From assembly GCA_965541585.1 (NCBI GenBank), contig CBEUCH010000003.1, forward strand, positions 181,516 to 245,515: a DNA stretch of 64,000 bases, given 5' to 3'. The notes below the pieces were generated by a model that saw only the letters and a program-made list of their open reading frames with translations, searched no databases and was not told the origin of the DNA. This DNA comes from an uncultured bacterium. Its GTDB lineage: Bacteria; Zixibacteria; MSB-5A5; UBA10806. Position 1 is the first letter of the stretch. The number at the start of each line of letters is the position of its first letter. This document shows positions 1-8,786 of this stretch, one piece after another. Both the position numbers and the translations under genes were made by a program.

Positions 1-11
1 AGGATTCTCAG

Positions 12-443
12 ATGGTTCTAACATTCCTGACTAAATACCGGGATGCCGGATTGCTGACACTTCGAGTTGGACTCGGCATAATGTATATGTTTCATGGCGC
101 TCCGAAAATGTTCGGCGGGCCGGAGAGGTGGGGAAAGCTGGGAATGGCCATGGGCAATTTCGGGATCGATTTTCTCCCGGCATTCTGGGGATTCATGGCC
201 GCATTTTCTGAGTTTTTTGGAGGCATTCTCTTGATATTGGGGCTGTTCTTTCGACCCGCATGTATATTGTTGACTATCACCATGATTGTAGCGGCGGGTT
301 TCCATGTAGGGAGGGGCGACGGTCTAATGGGAGCCTCGCATGCTATCGAGAACGGTATAGTATTATTAAGCTTGATACTCATCGGACCCGGCAAAGTCAG
401 TCTGGATAAATGGCTTAGTCGGGACAGCGATAATAATACATAG
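12..443 (+). CDS. DoxX family membrane protein
   Basis: LRVGLG..MFHG..K, EFFGGILLILGLFFR and GPGKVSLD are typical DoxX motifs; about 4 TM helices. Confidence 0.85.
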   Translation: MVLTFLTKYRDAGLLTLRVGLGIMYMFHGAPKMFGGPERWGKLGMAMGNFGIDFLPAFWGFMAAFSEFFGGILLILGLFFRPACILLTITMIVAAGFHVGRGDGLMGASHAIENGIVLLSLILIGPGKVSLDKWLSRDSDNNT

Positions 444-569
444 AATAGTATTTATAGATATCCCGGTATCCCGCCTTTTGCGAGCGGCTGTTTGTATAAT
501 TTAAAATCCTTGCTTAATCTCCATTTCCCGATATCTTGAAATCAGGGATAGTATTCACCCGGAATAGAT

Positions 570-3290
570 ATGAAAAAGCACTCGAAAGCTGACAGCGGGA
601 TAGAAGGAAAGGCCGGGGCGTCCGAGAAATCCTCGGCGAAACTCCATCAAGCCGAAAAAGAGCTGCAATACCGCCTCGAATTTGCCAAACTGATATCATC
701 AGTTTCCGCAAAGCTCGTCGGTTTCAAGCCCCAACAATTTAAGCGTGTGACCGATTGGGTTTTGAAAAAGATCGGTGAATTCGCGGGGGTGGATAGATGC
801 TATATCGTTTTGTTCTCCGAGGGAAGGGCCAACCCACAGGATATCCACGTTTGGCGCGCAAGCGGCGTAGCAAAGATCCATATAGATGAGCAGGGGTTTT
901 CATTTGACTCGTTTCCGTGGGCTATGGGGAAACTAAAGAAACTCGAGCATATCCGGATTTTGAACAAACAGGATCTTCCCTCAAGCGCAAAAGCCGAGAG
1001 AGATGTATTTGAACGTTTCGGCGTCGATTCACTGCTGGTGATACCGGTCGCCTGTGAGAGCAGACTTATAGGCTGCCTGGGCTTCACCTCGCGACATGAT
1101 AAAAGAATGTGGGACGATGATATCATCGCGCTTTTAAGAATGCTGGGAGAATCGTTTGCCAATGCTTACGAGAGAAAAAAAATTGAAGAAGATCTGAGGG
1201 AAAGCGAGGAAAAATTCAAAAGAATTGTCGAGCGGAATTTCGATATGATATTCACTGCTGATTTACAGGGAAGACTCACGTATGCCTCGCCATCGGTCGA
1301 GAGAGTGCTCGGCTATCACGCGGATGAGATGATTGGAAAACTCACAACGGATTTCGCCTCCGAGATCGAAATCCCCGGGGTTATTCAATCTTTCAAGGAT
1401 ATAGCAAAGGGAAAAGAGGTTGAAGGTCAACAGCTATCGCTTGTTAGAAAGAATGGTACTATTGCACACATTGAGCTTAACAGTTCTCCTATTTACAGGG
1501 ATGGAAAAATCGTCGGGGCTACAGCTATAGGCAGAGATATCACCGAGCGCAAACTGGCTGAGGAAGCTCTGCGCGAAAGCGAGGAGAAATTCCGCAACCT
1601 TGCTGAATATTCTCTTCAAGGGATCATTATCTCGCGAGATGGCAAGAATCTTTACGCTAACAGAAGCCTGGCAGAGATTCTGGAGACTACCGTGGAGGAT
1701 ATACTGGAAACTCCCACGAGAGAATTGTTAAGTAAACTTGTAGATCCTTCCTTTGAGAGTATGGTAACTGCCTTGTTCAAGTCCCGCCAGAAGGGGATCA
1801 GCGTTCCTCCTCGCTACGAAATCAAAATTAGGTCTTGCAAGGGCAGCGAGCGCTGGGTGGAAATTTTCGTGACCAGTATCACGCATAGGGATGAATTGGC
1901 TCAATATGCCGTAATTGTCGACATCACAAAACGCAAGCAAGCACAAGAGGCTCTGCGCGAAAGCGAAGAAAAATACCGTCTGCTGATCGAAAATGCAGGG
2001 GAAGCAATATTTTCGGTGGACTATGACGGTGTTTTTCTGGTGATGAATAAAATGGCGGCGCGATACTTGGACGGAGAACCCGAGGGATTTATTGGCAAAA
2101 CCATGTGGGATATTTTCCCCGAGGGAATCTCAGATAGACAGTTAGACTCGATCAGACAAACGATCAGGTATAATAGGAGCCAGGTAAAAGAGGAAATGAC
2201 CCTGGTCAAAGGAAAAGAAAGATGGTTCAGAACGAGCATACATCCCATTTATGATTCAAACGGCCAGGCGAATGCCGCCCAGCTGATCGCCCATGATATT
2301 ACTAAAGAGCGCCAGATAGATATCCGTAATGCTGCGAGAATGAGACTCCTGGATAATCTCAGGAATGCGAAGGACATCGACCAATGCCTGAAATACGGCT
2401 GTGAAGCTCTTGACGACGCGCGGCTATTCAAGCGGGCCGTTCTTACATTGAACGATCAGGATCGGCGGATTACGCATCTCGGACAGTTCGGACTGGAAGA
2501 CAATCTCGTCTCTGATGCGAAAAACTCTCCCCCTCTTGGAAAAGAAGTCGTTAAGAAAATCGTCCGGGGAAAATACAAAATCAGCCACTCATTTTTTGTT
2601 CCTGTGGAAAATGGTGTAAATCTAGAAAAATCAGGCAGATACATACGGCAGAAGAAACGCAAAGCCAGTGACGATTCGTTTTGGCAGGCGGGAGATGAAC
2701 TCTTTGTACCTATGCTGGGCAATGACGGTAAGTTTGAAGGCTGGCTTTCGGTCGACACACCATTTGATGGAGAAAGACCGTCATCCTATACAGTGAGATT
2801 TCTGGAAGAAGTAGTCGATATCGTCACCCAGCAGATACAGGAAATCCAGAGTCGGGAAAAACTGGATCTGGAACGACAGGCCCTTAAGGAAAAAAACATC
2901 GCTCTTAATGAAGTTCTGGCGTATATCGAAGAAGAGAAAATGGAAATTAAACGGCGGATAACTGAGAGCATTGATAATATCCTTCTCCCGATCCTGAGCA
3001 AGCTTGCAGATGAAAGCAAAGTCATTGATCCAGCATATGTAGATCTTCTTAAGAGTGGTCTTATCGACCTTGCTTCTCCGTCCGGAGGATCTCAGCACGT
3101 CTATTCGAAGCTATCTTCCAGGGAAAAGGAGATCTGTATCATGATAGGGGATTTTGCGACGAATAAGGACATTGCGAAAGCCCTTAAGATCAGGGTAAAT
3201 ACGGTTCGGAAACATCGTGAGGCGATTAGACGTAAACTTGGCCTGACTAACAGGAAGATTAATCTTGCAGCTTATCTGAATAGCGGTTAA
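570..3290 (+). CDS. One-component multi-sensor transcriptional regulator (GAF + 3 PAS/PAC + GAF-like + LuxR-type HTH)
   Basis: Three 'LRESEEK(F/Y)' linkers, each followed by a PAS domain ending in DIT; N-terminal GAF (SLLVIPV..RLIGCLGF); C-terminal LSSREKEI..IAKAL.I..NTVRKHR..IRRKLG LuxR HTH; no HisKA or receiver motif. Confidence 0.85.
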   Translation: MKKHSKADSGIEGKAGASEKSSAKLHQAEKELQYRLEFAKLISSVSAKLVGFKPQQFKRVTDWVLKKIGEFAGVDRCYIVLFSEGRANPQDIHVWRASGVAKIHIDEQGFSFDSFPWAMGKLKKLEHIRILNKQDLPSSAKAERDVFERFGVDSLLVIPVACESRLIGCLGFTSRHDKRMWDDDIIALLRMLGESFANAYERKKIEEDLRESEEKFKRIVERNFDMIFTADLQGRLTYASPSVERVLGYHADEMIGKLTTDFASEIEIPGVIQSFKDIAKGKEVEGQQLSLVRKNGTIAHIELNSSPIYRDGKIVGATAIGRDITERKLAEEALRESEEKFRNLAEYSLQGIIISRDGKNLYANRSLAEILETTVEDILETPTRELLSKLVDPSFESMVTALFKSRQKGISVPPRYEIKIRSCKGSERWVEIFVTSITHRDELAQYAVIVDITKRKQAQEALRESEEKYRLLIENAGEAIFSVDYDGVFLVMNKMAARYLDGEPEGFIGKTMWDIFPEGISDRQLDSIRQTIRYNRSQVKEEMTLVKGKERWFRTSIHPIYDSNGQANAAQLIAHDITKERQIDIRNAARMRLLDNLRNAKDIDQCLKYGCEALDDARLFKRAVLTLNDQDRRITHLGQFGLEDNLVSDAKNSPPLGKEVVKKIVRGKYKISHSFFVPVENGVNLEKSGRYIRQKKRKASDDSFWQAGDELFVPMLGNDGKFEGWLSVDTPFDGERPSSYTVRFLEEVVDIVTQQIQEIQSREKLDLERQALKEKNIALNEVLAYIEEEKMEIKRRITESIDNILLPILSKLADESKVIDPAYVDLLKSGLIDLASPSGGSQHVYSKLSSREKEICIMIGDFATNKDIAKALKIRVNTVRKHREAIRRKLGLTNRKINLAAYLNSG

Positions 3291-3312
3291 TGCGTATATC
3301 TATATACGCATT
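3289..3312. promoter_or_regulatory. Perfect inverted repeat, candidate transcription-factor operator
   Basis: AATGCGTATAT-ct-ATATACGCATT (11-bp arms), about 20 bp upstream of the -35 at 3333. Confidence 0.55.
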
Positions 3313-3332
3313 TATTACGTATTTAATTAGTA

Positions 3333-3360
3333 TTGACAAATAACTGTAAATCCCTATAAT
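3333..3360 (+). promoter_or_regulatory. Sigma70-type promoter, perfect consensus
   Basis: TTGACA (3333-3338), 16-nt spacer, TATAAT (3355-3360). Confidence 0.8.
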
Positions 3361-3366
3361 TGTTTT

Positions 3367-3496
3367 GGGTGAGTTAAAAGATCCTCCTTTACGAGGAAAT
3401 CGGAGAAATCAGGCCCAAAGGGAAGCAATTCCCGGGGGGAAGAAACCGGGCCGTGAGCCGGGTCATCTTTGCTTCGCAGATGACCCGGCATTTTTT
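3367..3496 (+). ncRNA. Candidate ~130-nt structured small RNA (family unassigned)
   Basis: Lies between a consensus promoter and a strong intrinsic terminator; contains the GGGAA-GCAA-TTCCC GNRA hairpin, TCCTC/GAGGA and GGCCC/GGGCC stems; no ORF with an RBS. Confidence 0.55.
3457..3496 (+). terminator. Rho-independent terminator
   Basis: GCCGGGTCATCT-9nt-AGATGACCCGGC (12-bp stem) followed by ATTTTTT. Confidence 0.85.
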
Positions 3497-3598
3497 ATCA
3501 AAACTGTCATCCGTGGCTCTTGGCTCCCCGGATGTGAACCTGATTTAGCCCTCTTCTTTTTGGCATAGACTTCTATCCTCCGTGGCCCCATTAATCGC

Positions 3599-3627
3599 TT
3601 GAATTTAAATCCGATAAGATATATCAT
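3599..3627 (+). promoter_or_regulatory. Putative sigma70 promoter of the antiporter gene
   Basis: TTGAAT-N17-TATCAT, upstream of an AGGAGAGG RBS. Confidence 0.45.
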
Positions 3628-3647
3628 CCACGAAATTTATAGGAGAG

Positions 3648-5051
3648 GTGCGGCAGATGACAAAAAAAAGGATAATTCTAATAGCGCTCATTTTCATAAT
3701 ACCTATCATGTTGATAACTTCTTCGGGAGCTAATCAAAATGTCAGTATACATGATTCTGCGGATTCTGCTGACGGCCAGTTACAGTCTGCCGAGAGTATA
3801 TCTGAAACTGCTCCGGGCGAGGAGGAGGGCGGGGTTGGCCCGATTTTGTTTTCTCTGATCATAATCCTTCTGGCCGCCAAATTCGGCGGTGACCTGGTCG
3901 AACGAATGAAACAGCCTGCCGTCTTGGGCGAATTGATTTTCGGGATGATCATAGGGAACCTCGCGCTTCTGGGAATACACGTATTCGAGCCTCTCAAGCA
4001 TCATATTACGATAGAAATTCTAGCCGAGATCGGAGTCATCATCTTGCTTTTCGAGGTCGGTCTGGAATCGAGTTTAAAGGAGATGCTCTCTGTAGGACTG
4101 ACGTCATTCTTTGTAGCTTTGATTGGAGTTGTAATTCCTTTTCTGCTGGGTTGGGGCGTTTCGGCCATGTTTTTCCCGGCGGAGTCAATTTTTGTTCACA
4201 TATTTATTGGGGCTACTCTGACCGCAACGTCTGTGGGCATTACGGCCAGAGTCTTGAAAGACATACACAAAATCCGAACGCGGGAAGCAAAGATCGTCCT
4301 CGGTGCGGCAGTCATCGATGATATACTCGGCCTGGTGGTGCTGGCGGTTGTAGTTGGTGTAATCGGAGCTCATAATACCGGCGGAAGCCTGTCGTCGCTG
4401 AGGATTCTCTGGATTGTGGCAAAGGCGTTTTTGTTTATTTTCGGCGCGCTTGTAATTGGCACGCTGCTGGCGCCGCATTTTTTTAGGATGGCCTCGAAAT
4501 TGAGAGCCCAGTCGATACTGATCACGTTTTCCCTGATGTTTTGCTTCGTCTTCGCCCTGGCCGCCGACAGGATGGGTTTGGCGCCCATCGTTGGCGCCTT
4601 TGCAGCCGGAATGATACTTTCAGGCATTAACTTTGAAGACATATTCCTTCATGAGCAAAGAAAACTGGAGGATCTGCTTCAGCCGATTTCAGCATTTCTG
4701 GTGCCGATTTTCTTTGTCTATATGGGGATGAACGTCGATCTGTCTACTTTCGGGAATTATCAGGTGATTTCCTTCGCGTTGGTTCTTACCCTGGCAGCAA
4801 TTATCGGCAAGCAAATATGCTCGCTGGCGGGGATTTTCGAGAAAAAGATCAACTCATGGGTCATCGGGGTCGGAATGATCCCCAGAGGGGAGGTCGGCCT
4901 GATCTTCGCCGGCATAGGCGCCAAACTGTATGTCGACGGCGCCAGGGTGGTCAGCCCGGACATCTATTCGGCTGTTATTATTATGGTTATGATCACAACT
5001 CTGGTGACTCCCCCTATTCTGAAACTATTGTTTGTTGACAAAGCCTCTTAG
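3648..5051 (+). CDS. Cation:proton antiporter, CPA2 (NapA/KefB-like), with N-terminal extension
   Basis: PAVLGELIFG, LLFEVGLES, ATSVGITARVL, GAAVIDD, GMIPRGEV motifs; start may be ATG 3657. Confidence 0.9.
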   Translation: MRQMTKKRIILIALIFIIPIMLITSSGANQNVSIHDSADSADGQLQSAESISETAPGEEEGGVGPILFSLIIILLAAKFGGDLVERMKQPAVLGELIFGMIIGNLALLGIHVFEPLKHHITIEILAEIGVIILLFEVGLESSLKEMLSVGLTSFFVALIGVVIPFLLGWGVSAMFFPAESIFVHIFIGATLTATSVGITARVLKDIHKIRTREAKIVLGAAVIDDILGLVVLAVVVGVIGAHNTGGSLSSLRILWIVAKAFLFIFGALVIGTLLAPHFFRMASKLRAQSILITFSLMFCFVFALAADRMGLAPIVGAFAAGMILSGINFEDIFLHEQRKLEDLLQPISAFLVPIFFVYMGMNVDLSTFGNYQVISFALVLTLAAIIGKQICSLAGIFEKKINSWVIGVGMIPRGEVGLIFAGIGAKLYVDGARVVSPDIYSAVIIMVMITTLVTPPILKLLFVDKAS

Positions 5052-5102
5052 GTTTCATTTCTCAGGCTGAGTGTCGATATATTATTTGGAAGGAATTGGT
5101 AT

Positions 5103-6668
5103 ATGCTTTTTGCGACAAAAGTAAAGAGAATCTATCCTTATCTGCATGCTTTTTTGCTTACCGCGGGTTTTCTGTGGTGCTATCTGGGCGGACTGGCATC
5201 CGATCTGAGAGATCTAATTCTCTTCGCTCTATTGACTTATGCCATTCTGATCCTCGTATTTAATTGGCTGCATTCAAGGAAATATTTCAGCGCAGATAGA
5301 CTATATTTTGTGAGCCAGTTTTTTGACGCTGCCATTATCGCAGTGTTGATTCGACATACGGGAGGGCTGGACTCAGAATTTTACCTGGCGTTTTTTCCCG
5401 TAGTCGCCCTGGCATCGATATTTTATAGCGGCTGGCGTTCCCTGGTGGGGGCTTTATGGTATGGCTTTTGTTATCTTCTCGCCATTTACAATACCGAATT
5501 CTGGACGGACGGCTGGCAGATAGGTTTCTTTCGCCTGGCTGCCATCCTGTCTGCAGGTCTCGTTACCAATGCGGTAGCACACTTCATGCGCTCCTCGGAA
5601 AAGAAGCTGCTCAAAACGCTGGATACGCTCAACGAGCGAACCTGGGAGCTGGAATCGTCGCAGCTCCAGCTCTCCAATATCTACGAGACGACGAGGGCGC
5701 TCTCGGGAATCCTGGATATGGACCAGCTGCTCGAGGAGGTCTTGATAGTATCCCAGAGAATCTTCAGATTTCAGAAATGCCAGATCTTCCTTTCCAATAT
5801 AACGGGCGATTGTCTGTATCTTTACGCCACTCTGGAAAATGGGAATCGCCATATATTTGAAGACCCTATTCCTCATGGAAGAGATATAAGTGGTCTTATG
5901 GAGATGCAGGATCAGAGCTCAATGATCAGGCAGCTGAACCGCAAGAATCGCGATAGCGGCTCCAATCAGGTTGATATCCCGTTGCTCTCCCGGGGAAAAG
6001 TACTCGGCATAATGCAGATAAGAACCGAAACGGGGAAAACGCCCTCCGGCCGGGATAGACGCCTGCTGATGATTTTCGCAGGTTCGGCGGCAGTTGCCAT
6101 CGATAATTCTCTATTGCACAAGAAGACCGAGGAGCTTACTATTATAGATGCCTTGACAGAGCTTTACAACTACAGGTACTTCCGCGCCAAACTCACCGAC
6201 GAGCTAAGGAGGGCGGATCGATACCGTCAAAAGCTATCGATTCTGATGCTCGATTTAGATCACTTCAAGGAAGTCAATGATCGATATGGGCATCAGACCG
6301 GAAATCTCATCCTCCGCGAGGTATCCAACATCATAGAACAGTGCGTGCGAGATATCGATGTGGTCGCCCGTTATGGTGGTGAGGAGTTTGTGGTGATTCT
6401 TCCCCAGACACACGAGGAGGATGCTGCTATAATAGCGGAACGAATCAGGGAAACCGTGGAAAAAAATCATTTCCCAAACAGTAATGGCCAGCGTGAAATC
6501 AGGATCACCGTCTCCCTCGGGATTGCCACGTATCCCGAAGGCATTCACAACTTAGATCAGCTTCTTGAGAAAGTAGACAGGGCGCTTTATCAGGCCAAAG
6601 CCGACGGGAGAAATCGGGTGTGCAGGGCGGAAAAAACCAGAAGGCGAACCGCCGATATGAATCAATGA
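5103..6668 (+). CDS. Membrane-bound GAF-GGDEF diguanylate cyclase
   Basis: About 5-6 N-terminal TMs, GAF, DALTELYN, DLDHFK.VND.YGH, RDID I-site (RxxD) and GGEEF active site. Confidence 0.92.
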   Translation: MLFATKVKRIYPYLHAFLLTAGFLWCYLGGLASDLRDLILFALLTYAILILVFNWLHSRKYFSADRLYFVSQFFDAAIIAVLIRHTGGLDSEFYLAFFPVVALASIFYSGWRSLVGALWYGFCYLLAIYNTEFWTDGWQIGFFRLAAILSAGLVTNAVAHFMRSSEKKLLKTLDTLNERTWELESSQLQLSNIYETTRALSGILDMDQLLEEVLIVSQRIFRFQKCQIFLSNITGDCLYLYATLENGNRHIFEDPIPHGRDISGLMEMQDQSSMIRQLNRKNRDSGSNQVDIPLLSRGKVLGIMQIRTETGKTPSGRDRRLLMIFAGSAAVAIDNSLLHKKTEELTIIDALTELYNYRYFRAKLTDELRRADRYRQKLSILMLDLDHFKEVNDRYGHQTGNLILREVSNIIEQCVRDIDVVARYGGEEFVVILPQTHEEDAAIIAERIRETVEKNHFPNSNGQREIRITVSLGIATYPEGIHNLDQLLEKVDRALYQAKADGRNRVCRAEKTRRRTADMNQ

Positions 6669-7648
6669 ATAGCAATTTCAATCCCGGAAAATTCTTCATC
6701 CTTGGTTTTGATGCCGTCAGGCCGGAAGGTGATTTTCTCCATCTGATTGAGAACTACCCCCCGGCGGGTTTTCTCCTCATGCAGCAGAACTACGAAGACC
6801 CGGAGCAATTGAAATCGTTGGTTTCCTATCTGAGATCGATTGTAGACGATGATGTATTGTTCGCGGTCGATCAGGAGCCGGGACGGGTCCAGCGATTCAA
6901 AAAGGGATTTCCGAGGTCGAAACTGCCTTCGGAATATCTGAAAGATAATTCTGTAGATCAATATAGGGTCTGGTGCAGCGGGACGGCTTCGATACTGGCG
7001 GAGGTCGGAATCAACCTGAACCTGGCCCCGGAAATAGATCTTACACCGAAGGCATCTGAATTTTCCGTATTGAACGGCAGATCCTTTGGCGGCGATTCGG
7101 AGAGAGTTACAGGGTTCGCCCGGATCCTGGTGGAGGAGCACAGGGATAAAGGAGTATTAACCTGTGCCAAGCATTTCCCCGGACTGGGGGCGGGAGAGTT
7201 TGATCCCCATGAGAAGATCTCGATCTCCAGGGAACCTCTTCGTCGATTCGAGAATTACCACTGGCATCCGTTCAGGGCCGCCGTCGGCTTTGGCGTGAGC
7301 ATGGTAATGACGACACATCTGTTAGCCCCGTCGCTCGATAACGGAAACTGCGCAACGTATTCGAGGCGGATATTAAGCCATCTGCGCAAAGATATCGGAC
7401 ATACGGGGCCGGTTATCTCCGATGATCTGTATATGAAAGGAGCTGGCGGACAGGATCTCCTCGATCAATCGTCGATAAAATCGATTCAGGCCGGCCATAA
7501 TCTGGTAATCATCTCCCGGGACATTAACCTACAGCGTAAAGCCATTGAAAGAGTATCCTCGCTGGTCGAACAGGATGAGGCTTTTCGCCAGGCAGCGATG
7601 GAAAATGAGAGAATCATCGAAGAGCTTAAGAATGATATTCGATCATAG
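6665..7648 (+). CDS. nagZ: Beta-N-acetylhexosaminidase (GH3, NagZ)
   Basis: AVDQEPGRVQR, RSFG, KHFPGLG...DPH, ISDDLYM; ATGA overlap with the DGC stop. Confidence 0.85.
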   Translation: MNSNFNPGKFFILGFDAVRPEGDFLHLIENYPPAGFLLMQQNYEDPEQLKSLVSYLRSIVDDDVLFAVDQEPGRVQRFKKGFPRSKLPSEYLKDNSVDQYRVWCSGTASILAEVGINLNLAPEIDLTPKASEFSVLNGRSFGGDSERVTGFARILVEEHRDKGVLTCAKHFPGLGAGEFDPHEKISISREPLRRFENYHWHPFRAAVGFGVSMVMTTHLLAPSLDNGNCATYSRRILSHLRKDIGHTGPVISDDLYMKGAGGQDLLDQSSIKSIQAGHNLVIISRDINLQRKAIERVSSLVEQDEAFRQAAMENERIIEELKNDIRS

Positions 7649-8786
7649 GAGCAAGAACGCCCTCAGGGCCCCTTTTCATATAATCGGGCTTAACTCCGGA
7701 ACCAGTGGCGATGGCCTTGATGCCGCGCTGGTGCAATTTCGGCAAGACAAGCCCCCGAAAGTCCTGACCGGCGAAACCTTCAAATATGCGAAAAGTGTCA
7801 GAGAGAATATAATAAATTGCGCTGAGGCTGGCTTTGCCGATGGCCTCAGATGGCTTGAGCTCGATTCCGAACTCGGAAATATTATGGGACGTTACGCAAA
7901 AAGATTCCTGACGCGAGTTAAGAAAGCAGGCATAAGAGCAGATCTTATAGGCTTCCATGGACAGACCATTAGACATCTGCCGTTTGCCTTCAAGTATCCT
8001 CTGACATTGCAGATCGGAGACCCTTCGTACATAGCACAGATCACGGGTTTGCCGGTCGTGGCCGATTTCAGAAGGTCCGATCTGGCTGCCGGCGGTCAGG
8101 GTGCGCCGCTGTCTCCGGTTTTGCATGAACGTCTATTTCGCCACGAGAAAAAATGGAGGGCGGTTGTGAACATTGGCGGTATAGCCAATATTACCGTTCT
8201 TCCTCCGATAAAGTCGCGCCGGTCACCGTTGGCCGGTGACTGTGGTCCCGGCAATATGGCAATAGACCTTGCGATGAAAAGGATATACGGCAAGACATTT
8301 GACAAAGGCGGCCGCGCAGCGCTGTCGGGAGCCCCGCATGCTAAGCTTGTATCACAGATCCTGCGCCGCAAATTCTTCACATTATCGCCTCCCAGATCGA
8401 CGGGTAGAGAGCAGTTCGGGCGTCGATTTGTCGACGAAATTTTTGATAGACTGGGGAAAACCACGGGGCAGGATGTTATCTCTACAATTACTGAGATCAC
8501 CGTCGGAGGGATTGCAGATTTTCTGAACCGCTTTGCGAAAAAAGTCGACGATATATATCTTTGCGGAGGGGGAGCGAAAAACGAGTATATTGTCTCACGC
8601 TTGAGGCAGTTATTTCCGCGAATGCGAATTGAAACAACGGCGGCGTTGGGTTACGATCCGGATTATTTGGAAGCCGTGCTCTGGGCTTATTTAGCCTGTT
8701 GCTTCCTGATAAAGAGACCTATCGATACCTCCGGATTTACCGGCGCGACCAGGCCATACATATCAGGGAGACTATGCTTTTCTTGA
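7632..8786 (+). CDS. anmK: Anhydro-N-acetylmuramic acid kinase
   Basis: GLNSGTSGDGLD, GFHGQT, DFRRSDLAAGGQGAPL, NIGGIANIT, DCGPGN, STGRE, CGGG. Confidence 0.93.
   Translation: MIFDHRSKNALRAPFHIIGLNSGTSGDGLDAALVQFRQDKPPKVLTGETFKYAKSVRENIINCAEAGFADGLRWLELDSELGNIMGRYAKRFLTRVKKAGIRADLIGFHGQTIRHLPFAFKYPLTLQIGDPSYIAQITGLPVVADFRRSDLAAGGQGAPLSPVLHERLFRHEKKWRAVVNIGGIANITVLPPIKSRRSPLAGDCGPGNMAIDLAMKRIYGKTFDKGGRAALSGAPHAKLVSQILRRKFFTLSPPRSTGREQFGRRFVDEIFDRLGKTTGQDVISTITEITVGGIADFLNRFAKKVDDIYLCGGGAKNEYIVSRLRQLFPRMRIETTAALGYDPDYLEAVLWAYLACCFLIKRPIDTSGFTGATRPYISGRLCFS

Noticed and set aside
3534..3552. GAACCTGAT, a TPP riboswitch core motif
   Set aside because: The upstream CTGAGA and downstream TAAT..GCG.AGGGA elements are missing and the next gene is unrelated to thiamine
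3365..3568. 67-aa ORF over the candidate sRNA
   Set aside because: TTG start at or before the predicted TSS, no RBS, runs through a strong terminator, no recognisable protein features
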